Of a DNA stretch of 20,237 bases, positions 8,043-15,873 are shown piece after piece. Origin of the DNA: an uncultured virus (IMG/VR IMGVR_UViG_3300032283_001024) (lineage: Duplodnaviria > Heunggongvirae > Uroviricota > Caudoviricetes); IMG/VR virus record IMGVR_UViG_3300032283_001024, one strand, 5' to 3'. The notes below the pieces were generated by a model. That model ran no database searches, was not told the origin of the DNA, and was given only the letters and a program-made list of their open reading frames with translations. Within the stretch, counting starts at the first letter, position 1, and each line of letters begins with the position of its first letter. A program made the position numbers and the translations under genes.

Positions 8043-8315
8043 TCACCAGAGTTTTGAGCAGGCCCAGTAACGAGCACTGTTTTTATCCATTGGCTCATCA
8101 CACCTCATCCTAGCTCGGAAGTTCTTTCTCCTCTCAGGATCGTGATGTTGCGTATAGTCCTGATAGCCTCGACGACCGTATCGGACGATCTTCTCTTCAC
8201 CGTCATGGCAGGATTTAACCACCCATTTATGGGTGTCGCCAGGGGGGGCCTTGTGCGGGCAGTTGCACTTCATGTGCTCCTTGGCCAAGTGTTTAGCTTT
8301 AGCTCTGTCTGCCAT
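8043..8315 (-). CDS. conserved small basic viral protein (DUF5754-like)
   Basis: VRYG..GYQDYTQHHDPERRKNFRAR....SARYWA...LW pattern recognised from phage and giant-virus hypothetical proteins. Confidence 0.75.
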   Translation of the reverse strand: MADRAKAKHLAKEHMKCNCPHKAPPGDTHKWVVKSCHDGEEKIVRYGRRGYQDYTQHHDPERRKNFRARMRCDEPMDKNSARYWACSKLW

Positions 8316-8317
8316 AA

Positions 8318-8488
8318 CTAAGCGTAATTCGAAGCTCGATCTGAAACCGTGTTGCCAACCTGACCTGTCAGTAAAGGATACTCCTCACTGCGCTCTTTCT
8401 GAAGTTCTTCGACGGCTCTGGCCACTTGACTAGCGTACCCACTAGCAAACTCTTTCGGATCAGGTTGCCCAGGCTGTTGTTGCTTCAT
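8318..8488 (-). CDS. hypothetical 56-aa protein (not in ORF track)
   Basis: MKQQQPGQPDPKEFASGYASQVARAVEELQKERSEEYPLLTGQVGNTVSDRASNYA*. Its stop lies 2 nt before the next ATG (8315) and it fills the gap. Confidence 0.65.
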   Translation of the reverse strand: MKQQQPGQPDPKEFASGYASQVARAVEELQKERSEEYPLLTGQVGNTVSDRASNYA

Positions 8489-8867
8489 CGGAGTACCTAA
8501 TCGTTCCGGGTAATTCTGTAAAGAGTCTTACGGAACAGGGTCGCTGATCCATCCATTCTTTAAGTTTACCAACCCTTTGCTCTGAATAATGAGCGTTATC
8601 AGGGCTCATGTACTCAAACACGTTCTGCGATCCTTTGTTCCTATTGCAAACAGAACAGGAGCAGACCATGTTGTTCCTTGTGCTGTGGCCTCCTTTGTGT
8701 TTTGGAATCACATGGTCAATTGTTGCTTCAGACGTGCTTAATTGTTTGTCACAATAAGCACAGCACCACTCCCAATCTTTGAAGATGCCCTCTCGAAATC
8801 GTTTACGTGCGATCTTGGGGCTGAGAACAATCAGGTTTGCAAGAAGGTCGTTTTCGCAGTGAAACAT
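8460..8867 (-). CDS. HNH endonuclease (McrA-like zinc-binding)
   Basis: CAYC...TIDHVIPKHKGG....NMVCSCSVCNRNKG; ATG at 8867 preferred. Confidence 0.9.
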   Translation of the reverse strand: MFHCENDLLANLIVLSPKIARKRFREGIFKDWEWCCAYCDKQLSTSEATIDHVIPKHKGGHSTRNNMVCSCSVCNRNKGSQNVFEYMSPDNAHYSEQRVGKLKEWMDQRPCSVRLFTELPGTIRYSDEATTAWAT

Positions 8868-8937
8868 GAGCACATCATGAATCTGACCTAAAACTACGGT
8901 GCACACACCTGTTCTGTACTGTATGATTGCAGGGCTT

Positions 8938-9023
8938 AGGAGCGTGGCGAAATTGGTAGACGCATCGGATTTAAGCTCCGATAATCTGTGATTGTACGGG
9001 TTCGACCCCCGTCGCTCCTACCA
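8938..9023 (+). tRNA. trnL: tRNA-Leu (anticodon UAA), intron-less, CCA encoded
   Basis: Acceptor AGGAGCG/CGCTCCT, D-loop with TGG, anticodon stem TCGGA/TCCGA with loop TTTAAGC, long variable arm, T-arm ACGGG-TTCGACC-CCCGT, ACCA end. Confidence 0.95.
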
Positions 9024-9025
9024 CT

Positions 9026-9100
9026 GCCGCGATAGCACAGCTGGCCTACTGCACCTGATTTGTAATCAGGTTATCCTCGGTTCAAATCCGAGTCGCGGCT
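9026..9100 (+). tRNA. trnT: tRNA-Thr (anticodon UGU), CCA not encoded
   Basis: Acceptor GCCGCGA/TCGCGGC, anticodon stem CCTGA/TCAGG with loop TTTGTAA, T-arm CTCGG-TTCAAAT-CCGAG. Confidence 0.92.
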
Positions 9101-9273
9101 TCATCCTTAAAAGCTGGAAGACTTTTGACGAAGGTAATGGCATCCAAACCCCCCGAAGTCTTCAGGTAAACCTCTTTCAATGAGAGAAGTTTGTTCTCTG
9201 TAGAGCGAATCTCTACTTCGAGGGTGTTTAATTTTTGAAGCAAATCGGACTCTAATTCATCAATAGTATTCAT
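9082..9273 (-). CDS. small coiled-coil hypothetical protein
   Basis: 63-aa ATG ORF with heptad Leu pattern; follows the lysis pair; 3' end overlaps tRNA-Thr antisense. Confidence 0.65.
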   Translation of the reverse strand: MNTIDELESDLLQKLNTLEVEIRSTENKLLSLKEVYLKTSGGLDAITFVKSLPAFKDEAATRI

Positions 9274-9295
9274 GTTATTTAAGTAATAAGCAAGA

Positions 9296-9487
9296 TCAGC
9301 GCTTAGCCAACGGTGTTAATAATCCTGCCAACATTTCCAAAGTGCGGTATAACCTGGACTCGATGCCTTCAGTGCCTGGGCTCTTAGTCAAGTTAATGAT
9401 ACACAACGAAACAATATGCAGGTTAAACAGGATTGTAGAAAAATCTTGAAACCCTAAAGCAAGGTTGTGAAGCTGCGTTCCGTTCAT
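9296..9487 (-). CDS. putative holin / small membrane protein
   Basis: ATGA overlap with the peptidase stop; hydrophobic segment ILFNLHIVSLCIINLT then LYRTLEMLAGLL..LAKR. Confidence 0.6.
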   Translation of the reverse strand: MNGTQLHNLALGFQDFSTILFNLHIVSLCIINLTKSPGTEGIESRLYRTLEMLAGLLTPLAKR

Positions 9488-10266
9488 TGGAAAATCCATC
9501 CCCAACCAGATGCTCCACCTCCTACGAACAATCTGGACTTCAGATTACGGAAGGAATAGTGTTGATTCTTACCTGCCGTAGGGGTTTGCTCCAGCCAGTA
9601 ACCGTTGACCAGATCAAGTTCTCCAAACGGATCCTGCACCAACCAAAAATCGTCACCAGAGTAACCGGTGATCACGATGAAATGGCCTCCCCCCCGTGGA
9701 GAATCTACTGTGCCGTGATGGAGAATCCCTACAGGTACAGGCTTACCTGAGTCAATTTGAGCTTTGATGTCAATCTCATCAAGGTTCATTTTGAAAGCGG
9801 CGGGGACCTTGAGTTCACTTAAAGCCCTATAATGTGCGGCTCGAGTAGTCGTATCTCCGTACTTATTTACATAGTGCAAATAATCAATATCGTCATTAAT
9901 ACCTGGGACATTGAGATATTTCAGACACATTGCAATCGAACTTGATTGACACTGCCTCCACCCTTCATTTCCATTATCCTGTTGCCAGAAGTAAGGGAAG
10001 TTTCTGAGATACCTTAAATTCCCATCTTCTGCATACAGCTTTTTGGCTGGAACAAGACCGAGCCAGTGTTCATCAAACACCCACCAGTCACCCAGGACTC
10101 CCATGTCCAGGTGAGTATGCCCGTCTTGATGTCCAACCGGAGTACATCCTCGATATGTGCGTCCCTTAACAACACGCGCTTTTTTATCGTTTGGCAAAGT
10201 ATCAGCAGCCACTGGTTTCTTCTTGAACCAGGTAACTTGCTTAGAGGTAATGTCGAGATCGGCCAC
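9484..10266 (-). CDS. C39-like cysteine peptidase, probable endolysin
   Basis: Q.D.....RQCQSSSIAM, GGGHFIVITGY and LVQDPFGE give a Cys-His-Asp triad; adjacent to a holin-like gene. Confidence 0.88.
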   Translation of the reverse strand: MADLDITSKQVTWFKKKPVAADTLPNDKKARVVKGRTYRGCTPVGHQDGHTHLDMGVLGDWWVFDEHWLGLVPAKKLYAEDGNLRYLRNFPYFWQQDNGNEGWRQCQSSSIAMCLKYLNVPGINDDIDYLHYVNKYGDTTTRAAHYRALSELKVPAAFKMNLDEIDIKAQIDSGKPVPVGILHHGTVDSPRGGGHFIVITGYSGDDFWLVQDPFGELDLVNGYWLEQTPTAGKNQHYSFRNLKSRLFVGGGASGWGWIFQ

Positions 10267-10308
10267 TGTTTACCTTGTGTGTCTCACTCAGTTTAACGTA
10301 AAACGGGT

Positions 10309-10965
10309 CTAGTTACCACTCATGATGATCCAAGAGGTTCCGTCGCTTACAAGAGAAGCCCATTTTCCTGCTGCGGCACTTAGAATGGCAGTGCCTTGAC
10401 TACCCCCTGTCAAAGGCACAACGTCGCTGGAGCCCGACACTACAGCCTGTGCTGCAACGGTTTTGATCAGCAGCTCAAATCCAGTATACGTAGCTGCGCT
10501 AGGAAGTGTGACTGTGATTGTACCTGTTCCATTACACACGTATCTGGATACGGACGGCGTTACAGTAAAACTTGTAGTTTGAGATGAGGGAGCTGCCCTG
10601 AGGACCGGTCCGGCCAGACTCAAGGTTCCGGCTAACGTTACATTACCAGGGATGGCTAAATCTCCTGAAGAGGTGACCAATAAACCTTGAATACCACTAG
10701 CAACTAATGCCAGGGTTCCAGTGCTTGGGCTGATGAGTCCCGTGCCTGCGTTACTAGCAAATTTCAGTGCGCAGCTGTTTAACGAACCAGGAGATAGCGC
10801 TGTGTTAGTTCCGTCTTCACGTAAAAGCGGAAAACCGCCAGGAGTAGAACCATCACAAACCACACAAGTTGTCTTCGAAGTATCGACCACCACTTCTGCC
10901 TGAGTACCTGCAAAAGCAGCAATTTGCGCAGTGGTGCCTCGGCGAAACTGAACCTGCGTTGCCAT
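10309..10965 (-). CDS. tail fibre protein with Mtd-N-like N-terminal domain
   Basis: MATQVQFRRGTTAQ...F.G...EV.VDT.K.T.VV.DG.TPGGFPL N-terminus; C-terminal TVTLPSA...LVSDGTSWII. Confidence 0.8.
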   Translation of the reverse strand: MATQVQFRRGTTAQIAAFAGTQAEVVVDTSKTTCVVCDGSTPGGFPLLREDGTNTALSPGSLNSCALKFASNAGTGLISPSTGTLALVASGIQGLLVTSSGDLAIPGNVTLAGTLSLAGPVLRAAPSSQTTSFTVTPSVSRYVCNGTGTITVTLPSAATYTGFELLIKTVAAQAVVSGSSDVVPLTGGSQGTAILSAAAGKWASLVSDGTSWIIMSGN

Positions 10966-10992
10966 ATAAAAGCACTGGTATTGTCAGGGTCT

Positions 10993-11019
10993 ATTTTAGT
11001 TGATTCACTCTTTTAGAAT
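10993..11019. promoter_or_regulatory. divergent -10 elements (TAAAAT on minus 10993-10998; TAGAAT on plus 11014-11019)
   Basis: Back-to-back TAnAAT hexamers 23-27 nt upstream of the divergent start codons. Confidence 0.5.
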
Positions 11020-11042
11020 AAGAGAAGAGATACAACACGTAG

Positions 11043-11300
11043 ATGATGTCCCTAGAAGTTTTTGCTGGCGCCGCATTTTCAGGAGCAGTGGGCGCATTGG
11101 GAACAATCATCAAATGGCACAAATCAGCCAAAGAAGTACTTGATAAGCGGTTTGAGAAAATTGAAACTGAGCTTGACTCTTTAAAAAGTACTGTACTGCA
11201 TGATTATGTGCTCAAGGAAGATTTTTTAAGGGAGGTACAAGCGGTTCACAATAAATTGGATAGAATCCTGGACTACCTCATGACTAAGGGTGGTTCGTGA
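11043..11300 (+). CDS. small membrane-anchored coiled-coil protein
   Basis: N-terminal hydrophobic helix, then coiled coil with YVLKEDF...KLDRILD, a common phage pattern. Confidence 0.75.
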   Translation: MMSLEVFAGAAFSGAVGALGTIIKWHKSAKEVLDKRFEKIETELDSLKSTVLHDYVLKEDFLREVQAVHNKLDRILDYLMTKGGS

Positions 11301-11307
11301 TGGCTTT

Positions 11308-11775
11308 TTACCTGTAGTTAGCTTCAAATAACAGCCGAGTTCCGACTGAAACGTCAGTGAGCCAGGTGCTGGTCGATTGTTCATAAGTGTAAAGTTTTGT
11401 GTCAGTTTTATCGTAGTGCATTTGCCCGTTTGCAGGAGTTGGAGCCTTACCTGCGCTGATGGATACAACAGCCTTTACACTCTGCCAAGAAGTTCCATCA
11501 TAAAGTTTCAAGATGTGAGTACTTGAGGTGTCCAACCAGGACTCGCCTTTCGATAGAAAACCATACCCGCTCGGCGTGCTGTTAGGAGCAGTGGTTCCGA
11601 TTGCTGTAGGGCCGATCTTTATCAGACCTGTCCCGGGTGACGGAGTACTATCAGGCACAAACAACCCCGGCTCTGCTGGGTTTGTATTGACCGCGATTTC
11701 TGCTACACCCAACTGAGTAGGGATCGGCCTATCAAAGATTAGGTCAGAACGCCTATTTAAGATTTGAGTCGTCAT
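11308..11775 (-). CDS. putative tail/structural protein
   Basis: ATGA overlap with the upstream gene at 11772-11775; EIAVN, GESWLDTS...LKLYDGTSW and GQMHYD...LY.Y...W repeats typical of fibre proteins. Confidence 0.7.
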   Translation of the reverse strand: MTTQILNRRSDLIFDRPIPTQLGVAEIAVNTNPAEPGLFVPDSTPSPGTGLIKIGPTAIGTTAPNSTPSGYGFLSKGESWLDTSSTHILKLYDGTSWQSVKAVVSISAGKAPTPANGQMHYDKTDTKLYTYEQSTSTWLTDVSVGTRLLFEANYR

Positions 11776-14066
11776 GGTGCAACTGTGTACTGCCCGCAAT
11801 CAATAATAACATCTTGCAGAACGTAGGGACTATACGTCGAACAATCGATGATTTCAGAAAAGACAGTGGGAGTTGTTGCACTATAAGATCCAGCAGATAT
11901 AGTTTTTGCTTGATAGTTAGGAGGAAAATTAATTGCAGGCTGATTAATATATCCAAACATTCCAGATTCAATATAAGAAGGTGACAGATTCAATACTTTA
12001 CTTACAATGGCAATCATGGTTTCGGTATAATTGACCTGTGTGCCTGTAGGGCTTAAATTACCTGCTTCGTCGCGAAGCACGTGATCAGTCAATATGGAAG
12101 AAATAAGTGATTCATCGTAGTTTGGTGTTTGTTGGGGTAGGCTGTTATCATTCAAAGTGACAAGAGAACCTATCCAAGGTTTTCCCATTTTTAACATCAC
12201 GCTCTTTTCAAGAGATTGCTTCAATGCGGAACTTTGTTTTTCAAAGTTATCATAAAAAGCGTCTGACTTATCTCCAACAGGATGATCAGATGGCTCTAAT
12301 AACCAATCTTTAATGTACTCATGAATTTTTATATTGTTGACAATACATCTACCCGAAACAGTCTGCACATAAGGATAAACCATAGTAAACGTATCTTTAC
12401 CAATGACACTGTTTACTGTGTAGTATCCGCTTAATGCCGTATTATCCTCAAACTCAACTGCAATTTTAATCCCGGAATTTAACCCATGGTCAACGCTTGT
12501 TATGGTTACAGTTGTATCGCCAGTTTGTGTGTAAGTTCCAAAAATATCTATTTTTTGGTTCCCTTCATCATGAACCAAAGAAAAAAGAGCCGCGTAAATG
12601 TGCTTACACCACCGCATCTGGTAATACATTAATTCCGTGTAACACGTTTCTTTTTGATCTCTGTAAGTAGAAAGCGTGTTGAAATTGCTAGTAGAAATAT
12701 AACCAAAGTCGCTGAAAATACCATCATTGTCCCGCCTGTCTGCTACTGAATCATCTTTGTATAAAATAGATCCAGGTTTAACCGATGTGATTGGTGTCTT
12801 AGGAAAACGAGACGACGTTTTCTCGTCATACAAGTTATATGTTTGCCTTCTAGTGAAGTCTTGACAAGCGCACTGATAACGAATCTCAGATGTTAAAAAT
12901 CGACTTAAAGCAAACCCTCGTTGAGCTGGTACAGTGATGCTGACTTTTTGATTATCATCAGTTACTGCCCCATAACTATCTTGCCTCTGGAAAACAATCT
13001 CGTTTGTTCCTCTATCAATACTTTTTACGGTATAACCAACGTAGTCGGAATAATCATACTTTTTAATCAACCTATAAACAAGCCCTGTGCCTGTAGTTGT
13101 AAGCTCAATAGAAGATGTTATGTCAAATGTTGTCGGAGAAGTTACGCGCACTAAAAATAAACCTGCTACTGCATCCCCAGTAGTTGTGCTGAAATTTATT
13201 TTTTTGCCAGTTACTAGACCATGCTCTGTGGCACACGTGACACTCACTGAATAACCAGACTGTGCGTAAGTTACAAGAACACCAGGATCCGTTTCAGTTA
13301 TACGATCTGTGAATCTTTCTCCAACAACTGTATCAATAAACGCAGGAAGTTTTCGAATTTTAACTCTAGTTTCTGTCCAACGAACATCTTCAAAACTTGT
13401 TGACAAAGCTACAGAGACATTCCCAACAGTAGTCAGTGGTGTTGCTGCTGTACATGTAAAAGAATCTGTTGTCCTGCTGACTATAGGTAAGGTAGCTGTT
13501 ACTGCAGAGCCACTCAAAAACGTAAGCCGGACTTGTTCGCTGGGTTGCAGATTATGGTTTGGATATAAAACTACAATATCGGTGCCGGATTGGCTGTAAG
13601 CAGCTGTTGATGCAGCCCCTAAATAAACCGTAGATAGTATTGGTAAGCCAAAATCGTAAAAATTGAAGACATTCGCATCTCTTACTGCAACCAGTTGTTC
13701 TCCATTTTCTGAAGTGTTGCTGGGAAAAGTAAAAACTCTTGCTGTTGTAAAAATTCCGCTTTTGTGTTGAAACGCACAATTAAACCTGTAGTCGCCGATT
13801 GTGGAACGCTTTGCAGCTCCCGATCCGTACAAACTTTGAGTAATTGTGTATAGCTCGTAGCCGCGTCTCCACCGTGCCCACAATGAATCGCGGTCGTAGA
13901 ACTTAATCCTGCTCTTAAAACGTGAATCGTTAGGCGTGAATGTAAAAGGCGTATCTAATTGATCAAAATTGATCTTAGTGTTGTCTATTGGGCTATCAAA
14001 TCCTTTAGACAGTTTTCCATTAAAACCGCTATTATTTCCGGCGAAACTGTTTTTACCGAAAGCCAC
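11772..14066 (-). CDS. large putative structural protein with three beta-barrel repeats and a split SWIM-like zinc finger
   Basis: 764 aa; repeats Y.Q.G..V.V....H.L..G..I........G...V....F; CACQDF...WCKHIYA. Confidence 0.7.
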   Translation of the reverse strand: MAFGKNSFAGNNSGFNGKLSKGFDSPIDNTKINFDQLDTPFTFTPNDSRFKSRIKFYDRDSLWARWRRGYELYTITQSLYGSGAAKRSTIGDYRFNCAFQHKSGIFTTARVFTFPSNTSENGEQLVAVRDANVFNFYDFGLPILSTVYLGAASTAAYSQSGTDIVVLYPNHNLQPSEQVRLTFLSGSAVTATLPIVSRTTDSFTCTAATPLTTVGNVSVALSTSFEDVRWTETRVKIRKLPAFIDTVVGERFTDRITETDPGVLVTYAQSGYSVSVTCATEHGLVTGKKINFSTTTGDAVAGLFLVRVTSPTTFDITSSIELTTTGTGLVYRLIKKYDYSDYVGYTVKSIDRGTNEIVFQRQDSYGAVTDDNQKVSITVPAQRGFALSRFLTSEIRYQCACQDFTRRQTYNLYDEKTSSRFPKTPITSVKPGSILYKDDSVADRRDNDGIFSDFGYISTSNFNTLSTYRDQKETCYTELMYYQMRWCKHIYAALFSLVHDEGNQKIDIFGTYTQTGDTTVTITSVDHGLNSGIKIAVEFEDNTALSGYYTVNSVIGKDTFTMVYPYVQTVSGRCIVNNIKIHEYIKDWLLEPSDHPVGDKSDAFYDNFEKQSSALKQSLEKSVMLKMGKPWIGSLVTLNDNSLPQQTPNYDESLISSILTDHVLRDEAGNLSPTGTQVNYTETMIAIVSKVLNLSPSYIESGMFGYINQPAINFPPNYQAKTISAGSYSATTPTVFSEIIDCSTYSPYVLQDVIIDCGQYTVAP

Positions 14067-14072
14067 AGGTTT

Positions 14073-14843
14073 TTAGTAATAACCGCCTTGGGTGTTTACA
14101 TAGAATCCACTAGTCAAAGAGGTAGTTCCACTAAAAGCAACATAAAGAGCCTGTCCCCGTTGCAGAATCAATCCACGCGTTTTGGGAGAGGTCTTGCTAT
14201 TAGTAGAGGTAAAGTTTGCACCTGCTTGCACCACAGGGTGGTTAATCAGGGGGAGGATGTTGTTTTCAGTAAGACTGAAAACTTGATTAGCTGGCGTAGC
14301 GGGGATGCTGGCCACAAACAGCGGGAAGAACTGGTTGATGTTTGTGATTGCACCTGTGTTTACAAGGTAAAAGCAGGCATCAAGGGGCGGGTAAACGTTA
14401 ACGTTGCCTGAAGTAGTAAGTGTAGAAGCGCTTGTTCCTGTGAAAGTGGTGGCTGTGATCGAAGTGACCGTCAAAGTTTCGCTCACACCAGTGCCGCTTG
14501 TGTAGGCAAGGTACACAGCTTGGCCGACTTGAAGGTTGTGACCCGAAAGAGTTACAACAACAGAAGTTCCCGTCTGGGCGTAAGTACCTGCCGAAGCTGC
14601 CTTGGCGTCTAAAAACAAGTTAGAGAGCTTGGAGTAGCGAAACCAGATTTCATCAACATACGCACCGCTGATAGCAGTATCGGTCAGCGACGAATCGACG
14701 TCAAAAACTTTAGTTGCATTACCCACTGCAGTGGGGATAAGGCTAGTGGAAAAAAGCTGACCAGACGCAACAGTTACCAAGGCGCTTGTGGTTGCCGGAC
14801 GGTCAACCATCGCGGGCATCTTGTTAGTTGAGGAGCTGGACAC
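14073..14843 (-). CDS. putative virion structural protein
   Basis: 256 aa, S/T-rich; one copy of the same TYAQTG..V.V...HNL..G repeat. Confidence 0.7.
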   Translation of the reverse strand: MSSSSTNKMPAMVDRPATTSALVTVASGQLFSTSLIPTAVGNATKVFDVDSSLTDTAISGAYVDEIWFRYSKLSNLFLDAKAASAGTYAQTGTSVVVTLSGHNLQVGQAVYLAYTSGTGVSETLTVTSITATTFTGTSASTLTTSGNVNVYPPLDACFYLVNTGAITNINQFFPLFVASIPATPANQVFSLTENNILPLINHPVVQAGANFTSTNSKTSPKTRGLILQRGQALYVAFSGTTSLTSGFYVNTQGGYY

Positions 14844-14887
14844 GGAGTTCTATTGGGCTAATTAATCTTATTGTAGCGCGAAAGTAA

Positions 14888-15211
14888 CTAACTTACCCGC
14901 CTTTCTGCAGCTCCTACACCACTTGCCGGTTCTTGTCGAGACTGTTGTCCTGACGATGCTACAAACTGTTGGCCACCTTGACCGCTTTGATCTACTGGTT
15001 CTCCGTTGCGAATGTCTGCTCCAATGGCAGTGCCAGCAAAGCGCATTCTTCCCCTGCTGTTGGCAAATTTACCGCCAGCTGACATGTTTCTGGTATCTTC
15101 TGCGAACTGGTTAAACCTAGGTGCAGGCAATTGAGGCCGAGACACCCTGCGCGTGTCCTCTGGGTGACTTGGAAGATTAACGTGTTTGTTGAAGCTACCT
15201 AGTGTTCTCAT
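14888..15211 (-). CDS. hypothetical low-complexity protein
   Basis: ATGA coupling with the upstream gene at 15208-15211. Confidence 0.65.
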   Translation of the reverse strand: MRTLGSFNKHVNLPSHPEDTRRVSRPQLPAPRFNQFAEDTRNMSAGGKFANSRGRMRFAGTAIGADIRNGEPVDQSGQGGQQFVASSGQQSRQEPASGVGAAERRVS

Positions 15212-15873
15212 GAATATAACTGAGAAGCTGAATTGAAAGCAGAGTAAAGCGCACTGAGAGGATCAAAAGATTCTGTTGACGGTGAGTTCAATCCGTTTTT
15301 ATCCAGGAAGGCATCCAACATATCGTAGACTCCGTCAGGAGAAGAAGACCTTTTAGACCTGCTGCCGAGGTAGAAATTATATGTATTACCGGGAAGGTTT
15401 GTTGAAGAGCCTGCTGTTACTGTGGTTCCGGTTTGAGAAAGAGGGAGTTGCGCTGCGGCTCCTGGTTTTGTGTGCAGAAACTTAATTCTATAACCTTCAG
15501 GAGTTTCAACTTCACCGTAACCGTTTTTCGGAGTAAATTTATCCCCAGGCTTAGCGAGCCAGGACAGTTGCGTATCTTGAGGGACACCAAAATCAACACC
15601 CTGGTGGTAAGAGGAGGCGCCAGGGGTGGGGGCCGCACGCGGACCGTATTTTGAAGTTACAGGAAATGCTGGCGACCAGCTAGACCCTTTCTGGGAATAT
15701 AGAGGAAGTTTATCTTTTCCTACAAGAATTCTCGATAAATAGATAGACCTGAATTGTTCAGGATCAACAGCTTTTCCTTGAGGATTTACAATAGAACCGT
15801 GAAGGTGTGCCCCTGTGCTGGCAAAGTCGGCTCCAGGTGGCGCGATAGTTCCTATGTCAAAAGTTGTGCTCAT
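15208..15873 (-). CDS. M23 (LytM) family metallopeptidase, circularly permuted
   Basis: STGAHLH...GKAVDP lies N-terminal to PVTSKYGPR...HQGVDF...FLH. Confidence 0.82.
   Translation of the reverse strand: MSTTFDIGTIAPPGADFASTGAHLHGSIVNPQGKAVDPEQFRSIYLSRILVGKDKLPLYSQKGSSWSPAFPVTSKYGPRAAPTPGASSYHQGVDFGVPQDTQLSWLAKPGDKFTPKNGYGEVETPEGYRIKFLHTKPGAAAQLPLSQTGTTVTAGSSTNLPGNTYNFYLGSRSKRSSSPDGVYDMLDAFLDKNGLNSPSTESFDPLSALYSAFNSASQLYS

Noticed and set aside
8938..9023. Group I intron in tRNA-Leu(UAA), as found in many cyanobacteria
   Set aside because: The anticodon loop is contiguous (TTTAAGC).
8992..9183. 63-aa plus-strand ORF
   Set aside because: Overlaps both tRNAs and starts at TTG; spurious.
10309..10965. 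Diversity-generating retroelement target suggested by the Mtd-N-like domain
   Set aside because: No reverse transcriptase and no adenine-variant TR/VR repeat pair seen in the window.
13959..14411. 150-aa plus-strand ORF and other short antisense ORFs in the track
   Set aside because: Antisense to well-supported, tightly coupled minus-strand genes and without motifs.
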